Source of the DNA: Selaginella moellendorffii
Lineage: Eukaryota; Plantae; Lycopodiophyta
NCBI RefSeq assembly: GCF_000143415.4
Contig: NW_003314282.1
Location: 1,259,374-1,323,373, forward strand
Reading direction: 5' to 3'
Length of the DNA stretch: 64,000 nucleotides
The position numbers were made by a program, and so were the translations under genes. Under the pieces are notes generated by a model. It saw only the letters and a program-made list of their open reading frames with translations, was not told where the DNA came from and searched no databases. Of the stretch, positions 12,301-24,600 are shown in pieces (position 1 is the first letter of the stretch; each line of letters starts with the position of its first letter).

Positions 12301-12699
12301 CTAACGCCCTGGCACAATCCTTGACGATTCCAGGGGCCAGATGGCGTAGAATCCAATGCACAATCCCACAGTGATTGCAATGAAGATCCCTACGTTGAAC
12401 GACATAGCCATCATCATTAGCACGTAGCTCGTGGTCACATAGGCGCCATGCATCCCCACCGCAATCAGTATCGCCCCGTCATGGTGCTTGGGGTAGTCTG
12501 TCTGCGGATTCTTGCACATGACTGGTCGTGGCGTGGAATAGGCAGTGAGGATCATCCAGTGCTTGTGGGCAATCCATTCGTGGAGAGCTCCAAGCCCCGC
12601 AGTCAACATGAGCATGAACGCGTAGTGGACTGGACTATCGGGCACCCAGCTTGGGAAGAGAAGTGTGAACTTGATCCGCCAGAAGAAACTCATATCCAT
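12301..12699 (-). CDS. COPT: COPT/Ctr-family copper transporter, intronless, 132 aa from MDMSFFW
   Basis: MxMxFFW start, LLFPSW, three hydrophobic segments, MxxxM (LMMMAMSFN) and GxxxG (GLCIG) Ctr signature motifs. Confidence 0.88.
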   Translation of the reverse strand: MDMSFFWRIKFTLLFPSWVPDSPVHYAFMLMLTAGLGALHEWIAHKHWMILTAYSTPRPVMCKNPQTDYPKHHDGAILIAVGMHGAYVTTSYVLMMMAMSFNVGIFIAITVGLCIGFYAIWPLESSRIVPGR

Positions 12700-13729
12700 G
12701 CTTTTCCTTTCTGATGTAAACCCTAAACCAAAATTCATAACCTTTTTTATAAGGATGGGAAATCTGACATGCTCGTCGCAATTCCAACCTTACGAAGTTT
12801 CACAAGGCTGTGATTTTTCGAAACTATTTATGTTTCGAATGGTGACTCCAGGACGATCTAACAGATGAAATAGTGGCATTGGCTTGACACATGAAGAGTT
12901 CATAGCGCTACTCATGAATTCATTGATAAGCATTCGTACTTCTCTTTATCGCAATTTTATTTCTCATTCAGATAGGCTACAATCTAGCGGGAATGGACTC
13001 TTAGAAGTCTCAACTTTGCGTTTTTAGATCCCCTTTACCCGACGTGCTGAACGGGAGGAAAAGGAAACTTTAAGTACTCAACGTTTCAGCCGCGCCAAAT
13101 GATGGTAGAATTTTAAAGATTTTTGGTTATCTTCGGATTCATCACAACAAGTTTGGTCAGATCTCTCTCAGGATAAAGCGTCACTCAGTACATCTAGAAG
13201 CTTAGACGGTTTATCTCTGACATCAACGATGCTGCAGTGATTCTCTGCAAGGATTCACTTTCTCTCCGGAGCAAAGAAGAATACTTGTGCAGTTTTCAAT
13301 AGGTGCGAAGAAGCTCGTAAGCTGCTTGCTCTTAGCCAGATAAGACAGTGTAAGACTTCGTTTCAGTCTGGTGTCATTTTGCATGGTATGTTTCTTATGG
13401 AGTTGTTTTACAGGTACAGGAGCAAGAGGGCTTGATGAGAGCTTCTTTTCTCCACAGCCGCATAAGCATTTTGCTGTGGAGGCTCTTCATAAGTTTTGAA
13501 ATCCGTGTGGATCTGTAGCCACCGGTGCATGAGTACGATCTGCTTGAAAGCTCACAACTGACAAATTTGCATCAGTCTCCTTCAGCTGTGAAAGGCTTCT
13601 CACAAGAAGTGAAGAATCAATGAAATGGATTAGAAGGTGCATTTTTCTTTTTGTCATAACAGTACGGATCACTCTTGAGCTCATGAGTTGAATAATTGAC
13701 TTCATGAGTTAAGCTCAATTTTTAATTGT

Positions 13730-15355
13730 AATTTAGTACAAATATTACAAACTTTAAAATATTAAGGTTATGGAAAATTTAATAATTTCACAACTCTCTA
13801 CACATTATTGTTCTAAAGGACACTTCTTGTTCTAACAATTTAAATATTTACTACATGCTATAATAGAGATGTTTATTAAAAATATAAATTAAAATGTTTG
13901 CAAGAAAAGTATCCTTGTCACTTCCTTAAATTTGTACTTTGTGCTTTCTGGCTAGTAAATGTCAAGTTTTTTATAATTTCAAAATTATTAAATTTAAAAT
14001 AATATTTTATTTAAGGCTATATAACCATTTGAAAGGAAAAAAAATACAACTATTGACATAAGCTTATTGCATATAAAAGAGAGACTTAGTTCTTCTCTAA
14101 AATACATTCTTGGGGGGTTTGTCATAATATAATGTCTAGAATTTATAAATCTTCACTCGTACTCTTATTCAAAAAGAGGGAAATACACATAAATGTTTAT
14201 GTGTTCTAATGTTAGTAATTTTAACTTTTGTAATCTTTCTTTTTGAAGTAGTAATTCAAGGGCTAAAAGCTATAATAATCATTCCATTGCACAACATAAC
14301 TAAACTATACAAAAAAAAGAAAAAGAGAATAATGAATATAGTGATTATAAGTTGGAGATAAATGTAATGATAAAGGGTGTAATAAATTGGGTGAAAAAGA
14401 ATTCTCTTCTATTTGTTTCAGAAAACTATAATTCCATGACTTTTAAGAAATATCTTATATTTTTTCTAACTTCTGATGGAAATAATAACAATGATCAGTA
14501 TAATAGTATATATGCTTTTGCGACACACTATAACATCACGTATCTAAAAGACTACTATGAAATATTTTTTGAGATGGTAAAGACAGAAATGGAAATATAT
14601 AAATGCTATGAGAAATATTGCAAAAAGAGCATTTACAAGTATATAAAATGAAAAGTAAAATGAAAAATATTTTTTAATAATTTTATAAAGTATAATAAGT
14701 TTATATTATTAATAGAGAATAAACATCGATAATCTTAAAAAATCTAATTAATTCCAAAAGTCTTCTACAATTTAACAATAGCAAAGTTTTTTTCATGTAT
14801 ATAAATATCCACTTTAGGATCTTGGTGCATATAGTATATATGCTTGTAAGGAGTATATGCCTTCCTATGTTTCTCGTGTTTCATAAAGTCTGTACTGTAC
14901 TTTATGGAGATAATCTCACACTCAAGCATTTGAATTAAACTTATTTTACCCTACTTTTGCTTGGAGACAGTACCAATAAATTTAATTGGGATTAAATCAT
15001 AATAGTTGTATGTTTTTAATTTTTTCTTGATTTTCTTGTACATCCACATGTGCACACTTTCCAAACCTGCTCTTAGGCATTTCAGACAATGCTCAAGAAA
15101 ATTTACCAAACCCATGTAACCATTTGTCTTGTTTAAATAAAAAGTAACACATAGAACACTGGAGATAATATAAGCACTCTTGCTATATCTGAAACAATAT
15201 CTTGAAGAAAATATTAACATCACTTTTGGAACATTAAAGTCAATCTAATTCTTTTAGAGACATCATAAGAAGAGGACTCATGTTTAATTGCACTCAAGGT
15301 CGCAAATGAAAAAGCCTCACAACACCCCCTCAAAATGAAAAAGATAATTGTTGTC
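13730..15355. other. AT-rich block with two decayed, convergent, intronless ORFs; the plus-strand one is BTB/POZ-like (second copy at ~25360-27300)
   Basis: Plus strand KKYPCH..LASKCQV ... IYAFATHYNITYLKDY resembles BTB start and end motifs; the minus-strand ORF relic is unassigned. Confidence 0.35.
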
Positions 15356-15399
15356 CTCAAGCTGGATTTGCTTCTTGAGGCGCAAGCGCTTGGTGGACT

Positions 15400-16700
15400 C
15401 ACAGTTGGATTGCATCTGCTTCTCCTTTCACAGCTTCATCAGATTCTCTTCCTCATCGTCTTCGTTGCCAGCTTGGTCTTGGATCAGGAAGTCTGGTAAG
15501 GAAACAGAGTCTCTGTGAAGTTATGGCTTTGCATTTCGAGGTACTTACGTTGCTCCAAAGCTCCAGGAACTTTGGAAGGTTTGAGGAGAACTTACCTTCG
15601 ACTTCTAGGTGAACTTCTGGCATGGTGACTCCTGATAGATCATCGACCTGAGGTACAAAGACAAAACTTCGAATCTCATCTTTGAAATCACAGGCGATTC
15701 CTCCGGACAAGTCACTCAAGAACTTGAACATGGCGAGAAAGCTCTCTGCAAGAAGAAACCTCTGTTGAGATCTTCTCATTCGCTCGAGGAAATAGAAAAA
15801 AGAATGGAACCTGTAGTATCATTCATCCAGGAGAAATCTCTATGAGCACATTTTCTCTCGTGTCCCTCTTTGTGCTCTTATACAACTAGCTTTTCTCCAA
15901 GATTCACGGCCAAGATCAATTGGACCAAAGATTTATTTTTTTCCTGTCTAGTTGCAGTGAATTTGATTTGGTCGGGCCCCATTTGTCAATAGATATCAAA
16001 AATAATTCGGCCCCACCGATAAGGCAAAACTTTGAGCGCGGTTTTTTCAAACGAAAAGCATATTCCCCATACACTCGGACATAGATCACTCGGATTCCAT
16101 GTCTCGAGTTTCCTGGCACGAAGATTATACTAAACAAAAACTTGAAAGCAGCAACGCTCTTGGTTCCTCTTCAACAAAACCCCGTGATGCGGGATCCAAC
16201 CTCATCACCACCAGTTCGTCGATCTTTCAAACTCATAGATCGCCTCCAGAAAACGAGAGTAGAACGTCAGTGCATGAACACTCGAAACTGAGACGTCTTT
16301 CTCGAGTTTCCTGGCGCAGGCATCTGTCGAATATGATCCTAAGCACTAGCTCGCGTAGAACACGCACCTCCTCTTAGCGATATGAAGCTCCGACGACGTT
16401 CTTGGACCGCCCCGAGGCACTGGTTTCGGTCAGCTTGTCGTCCATAAACTTGATATCAATACTAGCGGCGATCCATTCTTGAAGTTCACGGATAAACGTT
16501 ACGTGTTTGCCCATTACCATCTCATCCTGCTGCCAGAAAGAGAACTCGTGAGATTCCAAAACTAGACAAATAATTCTCCAACCTTGAAGCTCGGCCCCGG
16601 TGGAGGAATCCCTGCTGTTGGAAGAAGTCCCAAACGTGAGATCAGTAAACAAAGAAATGAAGCAGAACTAAAGGAAACCTCTCACCTTTGAGCTCAGCCA
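15400..16700 (-). other. Possible lineage-specific multi-exon gene or pseudogene
   Basis: ORF pieces 15453-15779 and 16374-16652 with splice-like boundaries; no recognisable domain. Confidence 0.25.
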
Positions 16701-17370
16701 AAGCTCTGTGAAGTGTATATTAGAGAACGTAGTACTCCGCATCTAGAAAAACTGGTGGAGGAACGAAGAATTCTAGCAGCCGGGGCAAAACCCAGAAAAA
16801 GCGCGAGCTCCTTCTCGGGAACGACGATCGCCTGCCAGTAAATCGGATCACTTTCCCATGTCCAAAAAAGTTTAAACAACACACAAAGAGAAGTTCCACG
16901 AAAAAATCACACACAAACTTCCATGGTGAAAAGAATCACACACAGACAGGAAAAACCAAGTTCCAGCTCAGAACTAGACACGAAAAGAATCACACACAAC
17001 CAAGAAAATCCAAGTGCTAAACGAACTAGACAAGTTCCATGGCACTGCTAAAAACTCTTACTCGTTCTTCTTCTGCTAAGAACTAGACACGAACACAAAC
17101 AGGAAAAGCCGACGTTCCATGGAACTCGAGACGAGAAAAATCTTACCGGAGGCCGAGGTCTCTCTAGGCGCCCGTTGTTTCCAGCCCTCTTGCATCGCTC
17201 GATTAACCTACATTGCCTCTATAGTTGCAAATTCGCCAAGGCCTTTGATTTGAAATGCCGTGGCAGCCGCGTTTTCTTGATGCTTCGAGTGGCAAATTCG
17301 CGGCCAAAGCCCAGGCCTTTCCTCGATCGGAGCCGCGTTTTCTTGAGCCCTAGCTCCGGAGGAGAGGAGA

Positions 17371-18285
17371 ATGAAGTCGATTCTCGTTCTCTTCCTTCTC
17401 GTGTCTTGTGTCTCCATTCTGCGGCTATGGCTCGAGAGATCTCCTCGCTCGCCTCCTCGGCAGCGCGGATCGATCTTCGAGCAGAATCTCTCGGCGGCAA
17501 GCGCGGGATCGGCATCGGCATCGGCATCGCCAACCCCATCGGCATCGCCATCGGCATCGCCATCGGCATCGCCATCGGCAAGCGGGTTTTGGATCGGCAC
17601 CGGCTCTAGTGTCGCGTCTTTCCTCGCGAGCGTCCCGGTTGTCATGATCGCTTACGACTACCCTCCTCCACCGCCAGCTCCAGCGGGCCAAGCTCCAGGA
17701 TTCATCGCGATACTGTGCTCGGCGTCATTGGGCTTTCTCAACTTCCTGGCGACCACTGAAAAGTGGATCTTCACCACGGCGGAGTGGTCGGCTTTCTGTC
17801 GCTGGAGCGCGACCTTCACAGCTCTCGCCTACGGCATCTCTGCCGCTCAGCTCGTCATCACCAGGAAGTCGCTACCGAAATTCGTGAGGGGGATTGCCAC
17901 ACCCATTCTTTACATCATCGCGTGTGTTGTTCCATCGATCTTTGGACGAGCTTTCCGTCATGACTCCCACGGCTGGGCTTACGATGCTTTGGCCGTCACG
18001 TATGGCATCTTCTGGGGTCTCCCGTTTCTCATCAGGTTGTTTGCTTCCTGGGCACGCTTGTATGTCGGCGTGTGGGCGGAAGGGGCAGAGTTGGGCTTCA
18101 CCACGGAGCCAAGGTTCATGGTTTCATCGATGCTCAGCACCATAGCTGCTCTTCTTTGGGTGTTCTACAGTGACACTGTCGAGCACCATGATGGACATTT
18201 TGTGATTTCCATTGTGGCGTCAATTGGTGGAGCATGTGTTTTTCTTGGGCAGCTCGTCGTTCTACTGAGAGGGAAAGAACGTTGA
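17371..18285 (+). CDS. Orphan multi-pass membrane protein (signal-like N-terminus, Ser/Ala/Pro linker, about 7 hydrophobic helices), 304 aa
   Basis: Long intact GC-rich ORF within AT-rich flanks; regularly spaced ~20-aa hydrophobic segments. Confidence 0.6.
   Translation: MKSILVLFLLVSCVSILRLWLERSPRSPPRQRGSIFEQNLSAASAGSASASASPTPSASPSASPSASPSASGFWIGTGSSVASFLASVPVVMIAYDYPPPPPAPAGQAPGFIAILCSASLGFLNFLATTEKWIFTTAEWSAFCRWSATFTALAYGISAAQLVITRKSLPKFVRGIATPILYIIACVVPSIFGRAFRHDSHGWAYDALAVTYGIFWGLPFLIRLFASWARLYVGVWAEGAELGFTTEPRFMVSSMLSTIAALLWVFYSDTVEHHDGHFVISIVASIGGACVFLGQLVVLLRGKER
17508..17580 (+). repeat. 6/12-bp tandem repeat (atcggc/atcgcc) encoding SAS(P) repeats
   Basis: Visible directly. Confidence 0.9.
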
Positions 18286-18779
18286 GAGGTCCGCCTTGTG
18301 AGTGTGTAAGGAGCCCTGGCTCTTGCATTAATCTTCTGCTGCACACTAATAAATGTCTCGTTTAAATAGTCTTTTGTTGCAAAGAGCATGTTTAGGGACT
18401 CACCAAGGGGAAAGAATTAAAGCCCCGGGCTCTCGTGATCCCGGCAGGGTTTTCCAGGAGCTTCTCGGTTTTTCTTCGTTGCGTTAAGTTTCCCAGTCAA
18501 AGACGAGCAATGAGGGAATGAGAATGGTGCGCAGGCTGGATGAGAAACGCTACAGGAACTGGTGGGATGCTTGGGTGGAACTCTAGCGCAGTGGGGAGCC
18601 TTTCAACTCCGAGTACTGATGCTTTGGGCAATCCGTGGTCCCTGAAGGTATAAATAGAAAGAAAGCTAGCTAAAGGCTAAGTGCTTGGCCATAACAAGAT
18701 AGTGTGGTAAAGTTAATTGTTATAACATAATAATTTCTTTTTTTTATAGTGGATATGCCTAAAATATGCTTGAATATTA

Positions 18780-18980
18780 TTTAAGATATTTTATTATCTA
18801 ATGGTTGTTATTCATTTAGATTAATCTTGTACTTATAAATTATAAATATGTTTATAATTTATAAACTTTTCTAAACATTTTTAGTATATTCTAGTTTATT
18901 CTACCATTTAATGGTTGATATTCAATAAAATTAATCTTGTGTTTATAAATTATAAACATGTTTCTAACTATAAACTTCCA
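18780..18980. repeat. AT-rich MITE-like repeat, also present at ~10240-10395
   Basis: Shared atcta.ggttgttattcatttagattaat..ttataaa.atgtttataatttataaactttt segment. Confidence 0.6.
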
Positions 18981-20441
18981 TTGATTAATTAGATTAATAA
19001 ATATGAATAAGACTACTATTAATCAGACTAAGCGTTGCTAGTAAATTATTTCTATAAAAGATCTCATTTCAACTTTGAAAAACATTAAATTACCATTGGA
19101 TGTTTAGGCTTTCTTAAGATATATGTTTAAAATATTTTTAAACACACATAAATTGGTTTCATATCTATATAACATTGGTTGAGCACATTTATCATAAATA
19201 TTTTATATTTTTTAAGTAGATTAAGTATGGCAAACAATTTATGATAGTAGTTTTGGGGGGGAGGTACACCTCCCAAGAGAGGAGGTGTATCTGGGATGGG
19301 TGGCTTGGCAAGAAATTATATAAGCCTACAAATATAAAAAAAAAAATATGTGTGCTTAAATTGTTATGACTTACAAAATAATATTTTGAGCATAATATTT
19401 TTTAATGTCTACTACATATGTATAGAAAAATCCATATCAATGTTATATATACAATTTTTGTGTTGCATAAATTTGAACTTTACATCAGATCTTTTTACAC
19501 ATTTGCAAGGTTTAGATTGAGTGTGAATTGTATTTTGAACATCTATTAGATATTATAAGCTAAGCTCTCCATCACTGCATATTTAAAGCACTTTCTTTGA
19601 TGAAGGTAACAAAAAGTGCTGTCCATATTAAGTCCAAGTGCAATAAATTATTGTAATGCCAAAAATATATTAGTGCGCACTGCAATCAAAATATACCTCA
19701 AAACTACGAGAAATGAGGTATAGCCATGCAAAATGAGAGGCAAATAAAAAATATGTAAAGGAGGAGAGAGATGATCACAATAAAAAGATCACAAATTTAC
19801 ACTCACTAATACAAAAAAAAAAGACCCTCACTAAATTTGCAATGACATCATATTATATGAGATGACATGGTATTAGTCTTGCATAGTAGTTTGAGGTGTC
19901 ATACCTCATGTATATATGGGATATCATATCACAAAAATATTATACACACAATCACATTTATTGTTTATATAGCAAATAAAAAGTGTTTGTGTGCATAATA
20001 TTTTTGCATGTAAAGAAATAAATCCACACTTATGTAATTATAATGCTCCCATGTGCAATCACATTTTTGCTTCTATAATTAAGGACACAATATTTTATTG
20101 TGTGTTGTTGTGAATTTAAATAATTGAAGAATATTTGAAATTAAAATATGTCAAAATTAAAAACATAGAACATGATTCATATTTTGTAATACTTCAATAT
20201 AAAGGCTTATATTTTATTAACAAAATTAAACCATTTGGGGTGAAAAATTGGCTCAATTACATGCTTCTCCATTCTCTCAAAGATCTACTTCCGCTAAATT
20301 GCTGGCATTGGGATCAGCATTGCACTAGTGCTGCTCAGCTTAATTCATGTGATGATTGAGTTGGGATAAACACCCTAAACACCCAAAATAGCAGATTTGA
20401 AATGGTGAAGAAATGCATGAAAACTTCACATTTTCAACTTT

Positions 20442-20508
20442 GCAATGTAGCTCAGATGGTTAGATGGTAAAGTGCTTTCTTGGCACTGAGATTGATGCTG
20501 GCATCTTT
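20442..20508 (+). pseudogene. Degenerate tRNA-Ala-derived fragment
   Basis: ATGTAGCTCAGATGGT..AAAGTGCT..TTGGCA..GAG..GAT..GCATCT resembles plant tRNA-Ala; cloverleaf broken, with an internal duplication. Confidence 0.45.
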
Positions 20509-20633
20509 AAATATTTAAATGCATTTTGACCGGTGTTGACTATGGTTGACCATCAAGGTGATAGAAGCGCAGGGCATCAATTCAAACAGGCTGAGTTTCA
20601 TTGGCACACAACTCCAAACACTCATCTCATGGT

Positions 20634-20705
20634 CTACACCAGGAGCTTTTCTTCCTTGGCATAATAGACCTTAACCACGTTGGGGTGCCTTGCTACTTTA
20701 GACCA
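20634..20705 (-). pseudogene. Receptor-like kinase fragment (subdomains IV-V, LRR-III type)
   Basis: [18 protein letters not shown] resembles [24 protein letters not shown]. Confidence 0.55.
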
Positions 20706-21235
20706 GGACGATGAATAAACTAGAAGTCTCCACAAATTGAGAGACATTGATGACAGCTTGGACTTCACGAACTTGAAGTATGAGTACCATCTGTAGAGTG
20801 GATCATTATGGGAAACAACCAAAGCAATGACTGGCCCAACAGATTCATCCATCCTTCTTCTCAACTTTCAATATGTGTGCCTGGTCAGCCTGTAAATCCC
20901 ATTGAGGTAAAATAAAAGTGAAAGATATCTACAACAAAAATGCCTTGAGCGCTCTTCCTCCAGGGATTCATGGGCAGTGACCACAGCGGGAAAAGACTTC
21001 GATGTCCTGCCCAGAACTCGTCCTAAAGACATCAAGAGTGTCCAGCAAGTGAGTTAGATGGATGCAAGAGGTAGGAGAGCTATATACATGATTTTGAACT
21101 GAGATTTCCAAATCAAATATGGACCAGCATGCCTTTACTTTGGCTAAACAAAACTTAAAGTAATATGGGCCTATTAATATTATATCCATCCACCGTGAGA
21201 AGTCTTTTAAAGTATAGCATGCAACCACCATTCCT

Positions 21236-21622
21236 CTAGGAATCCTGGAACGATTTGACAAATCCAGGGGCCTGAAGGCATAAAATCCAATGCACAATCC
21301 CACCATGATCGCGATGAAGACCCCCATGTTGAACGCAATTGCCATCATCAGCGTGTAGCTCGTGGTCACATAAGCACCGTGCATCCCCACTGCCATCGGG
21401 ATCGCCAGCGAGCGTGCTTGGGGTAGTCTCTCTTCAAATCCTTGCCGGTGGTGGGTCCTGGCGTGGAATAGGCAGCGAGGATGTGGGCAATCCATTCGTG
21501 GATAACTCCGAACCCCGCAATGAACATGAGTGTAAACACATAGTTCATTGGATCATTGGGCACACAGCCCGGGAAGAGGAGCGAGAAATTTATCTGCCAG
21601 AAGACATGCCCTGAACGTCCAT
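21236..21622 (-). pseudogene. COPT: COPT pseudogene
   Basis: MDVQGMS/FWQINFSLLFPGCVPNDP..HEWIAH../AVGMHGAYVTTSYTLMMAIAFN..GLCIG; two frameshifts, and MxxxM is lost. Confidence 0.82.
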
Positions 21623-21649
21623 GGTCTCTCTCCTATGTTATAGCTAACC

Positions 21650-24600
21650 TGCTCAATAAACACAAAACACAGTTTCCACATAATCGACCTGCTATATTGC
21701 AACAGCCAAATCAACTTTGCAAGCATTCCTTCTGGCTTCTTGAGTCTTTTTCCTACAATATGCATCTAATTATCATTTGTTATCCAGTGCAATTGCTTAT
21801 TAATCTTTTGCTGCAACTTCACTCGGTAATCTTTTCTTTTGAATTCATTGCCCAAAAATCTGATTGGTTCTTTGGTTCTTTATTGAGTACTCAGTGACAG
21901 CATTGTCAAGTGGGAACAAGAAAATGTGAAGGTACAGTCTGAAGTTTCCTAAATTCTTCCTCTTCCATTGCTTAATAATAAAGCTTAGAGAAACTCAACC
22001 CACTTTAGATAAAGTAGGCACCAGGAACTCAATGGAACTTAAAGGCTGTTCATCCAAATCTCTTTTTTCTTACAGTTACTGTCGAGTCTGAGTCATGCAA
22101 CACATGCCCACCAACATGCACTGTTCATAACAACCAGGTCTACAGCTGCATCATGTCTTGACAACACTGTCAGCTCCAAACCTCGCAGCATATCACTTAC
22201 CCTAAATAAATCGTCAGCAAGAACAACACAAGAAGGAGAAAATGTACCATAAGAATGACTCCCGGAGACTTCCCCCATCATCTGGCGTATGCTCTTCAAC
22301 CTACTGCTTCAATTTCCGCCAGGATGTGCAGCATTATACAGCTATGCCTCATTCACAATCAAATTCTCTGCATTCCACAGCCACAAAACAAGTTCCTTCT
22401 AATTGAGCTTTTTCAAAAGAGGTGGTGCCTCCATGTACCTCACCTAAAACTGGCAAAAGAAAACATCATCAATAACAAAAACACTAAGAACAAAAAAGTA
22501 GCTTGTCAAATGTGTTTTGCAGGCTTTGATTGTAGACACCCTCAGCCTATAGGCAATAAAGGTGGGTATCAGGAAGCCCTCACACAGCTTTATCAACATT
22601 GGCAACCCTAGAAAGTAAATTAGCCAAATGTTTTTAAGAACTCAAGAGCTTACCTCTCTGATCACGGTTTTTCCTCTACTGCTCTCTGTCAAAAACACTC
22701 CACAAGCGGTTTGTCCTCTCACTTTGCAACCTGTTTGAAAAATTGTTTTTTTATTCCTTCTGAAGACCTGCCTTTGATCAAACTCTGAAATTCAAAGGCT
22801 TGAGAGGCTGCCCTCGGTGCATAGAAGTCTATTCAGTCCTTTGATCTGGTCTAACTTCTTTTTGACAATGTTCTTGCCTTCTTTGCAAATCGTTTTCCTT
22901 CTTGATAATTTCAAAGCACTTGAATTAAGCAAGCACTCAATTACCTAACATCTTGGCATGCCTCACATCCAACTTGATGACTAAAACCTCACTCCTACAA
23001 TATTTCTTTTCCATAAAAATCTAGGGAGTCCACGTAACTTCAGATAATGAGCCTCAATTTGCTTCTCAAGCCCAAAAAATACATGAAACCTAATGAAATG
23101 CAACACATATTACTGAACCATCCTTATTAGATTCAAATTTAGATTGGATTATAAGGCCTTTGCTATTTTAAATATATAAAAATGATATCAAAATACTTAT
23201 ATTTCTAAGACCTCTCTCCCAGTCTCTTGGAAACCTAAGAAATACCCATTGAAATGTTGCTATATGATACTATAGCTTGAGTCCCAGTTGTAGAGGCATA
23301 AATGTTTGAGTCCCACATTTGATGGACTCACCACCATCAATCGAAACTGATTTGCAAAAGGTGATATAGAAAGAAATGAAGTAGTTCTTTGTAAGTTCCA
23401 GGTCCCTATGGAGATTCATATGCTAGGGCCACTATTGAATCGGATTTAGAGTCCTGGGAGATGGTTTCTCAGCTCAAGTACTTGAGGACAATGCTGGCTC
23501 TACACAACTACGAGAAGGCCTTCATGGGTGTTTCTCATCATCAAGTCGGTGCGTCAACTTGCCTCTCAAGTCATGAAAGCCATCATGGAACCGCTGCAGC
23601 TATTGTGGTGTTTCTTCCCCGTTCTTGGCAACTTTTGTTCAAGGGACGCAATCTCTAAAATCCCTTAGAATCCTAGAGTGATATCTAAGGCTTGTTGCAA
23701 CTAAATTTCATTTTGAAACCCAGAAACGAAAGAAGGGAGAAGTTCTGGCATCTCTATTGTAAGTTTAATGAATCCATCAGTAAGGAGAATTATCTGAGTG
23801 AGTGCCAAGAGCGAGAAATCTCAAGCCTTGATATAAAGCATACATTTTGTTATATACATAATAATAATAATAATATATTAAGTTTTTAAACTATAAGAAT
23901 GTTTATAATTTAAGCCCATGTTTAGATAGAGAATATCTTAATCTTAATTCTCTAGCAAGATGCTGGCCCTGGCACAATCCTGGCACGATTTGACGATTCC
24001 AGGGGCCAGATGGCGTAGAATCCAATGCACAATCCCACAGTGATTGCAATGAAGATCCCTGCGTTGAACGACATAGCCATCATCATTAGCAAGTAGCTCG
24101 TGGTCACATAGGCGGCATGCATCAACACCGCAATCAGTATCGCGTCCTCATGTTGCTTGGGGTAGTCTCTCTGCGGATCCTTGACCATGATGGGTCCTGG
24201 CGTGGAATAGGCAGTGAGAATCATCCAGTGCTTGTGGGCAATCCATTCGTGGAGAGCTCCGAGCCCCGCAGTCAACATGAGCATGAACGCGTAGTGGACT
24301 GGACTATCGGGCACCCAGCTTGGGAAGAGAAGTGTGAACTTGATCCGCCAGAAGAAACTCATATCCATGCTTTTCCTTTCTGATGTAAACCCTAAACCAT
24401 ATGAAGGAATTCTCCCTTTTTATAGGGATATAACCTTTTTTTATAAGATGGGACCAAATCTGACGTGCCGTCCTATTTATGTTTCAAATGGCGACTCCAA
24501 CGATCTAACAGATGAAATAGTGGCATTGGCTCGACACATGAAGAGTCAACATTACTCATAGCGCTACTCATGAATTCATTGATAAGCATTCGTACTTCTC

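Larger units (their letters stand above)
9792..15355. repeat. Local segmental duplication, copy 1 (COPT gene, unassigned decayed sequence, AT-rich block)
   Basis: Collinear high identity with 21650-27073, apart from indels and one small inversion. Confidence 0.92.

Noticed and set aside
16890-17140. Mosaic of short recurring motifs (aagaatcacacac, gaactagaca, gttccatgg)
   Set aside because: Irregular spacing and no constant repeat-spacer structure; not CRISPR-like; probably slippage-derived intronic or promoter DNA
17175-17691. Several overlapping ORFs in other frames (DGDA, MPMA, HRHR, CRWR and GIAI repeats)
   Set aside because: By-products of the stop-free 6/12-bp repeat and high GC; only 17371-18285 extends well beyond the repeat
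20945-21030. Exon-like piece readable as an alpha/beta-hydrolase tail (FSRCGHCP) or as a ribosomal L1-like peptide
   Set aside because: Too short, frame ambiguous, cannot be assigned
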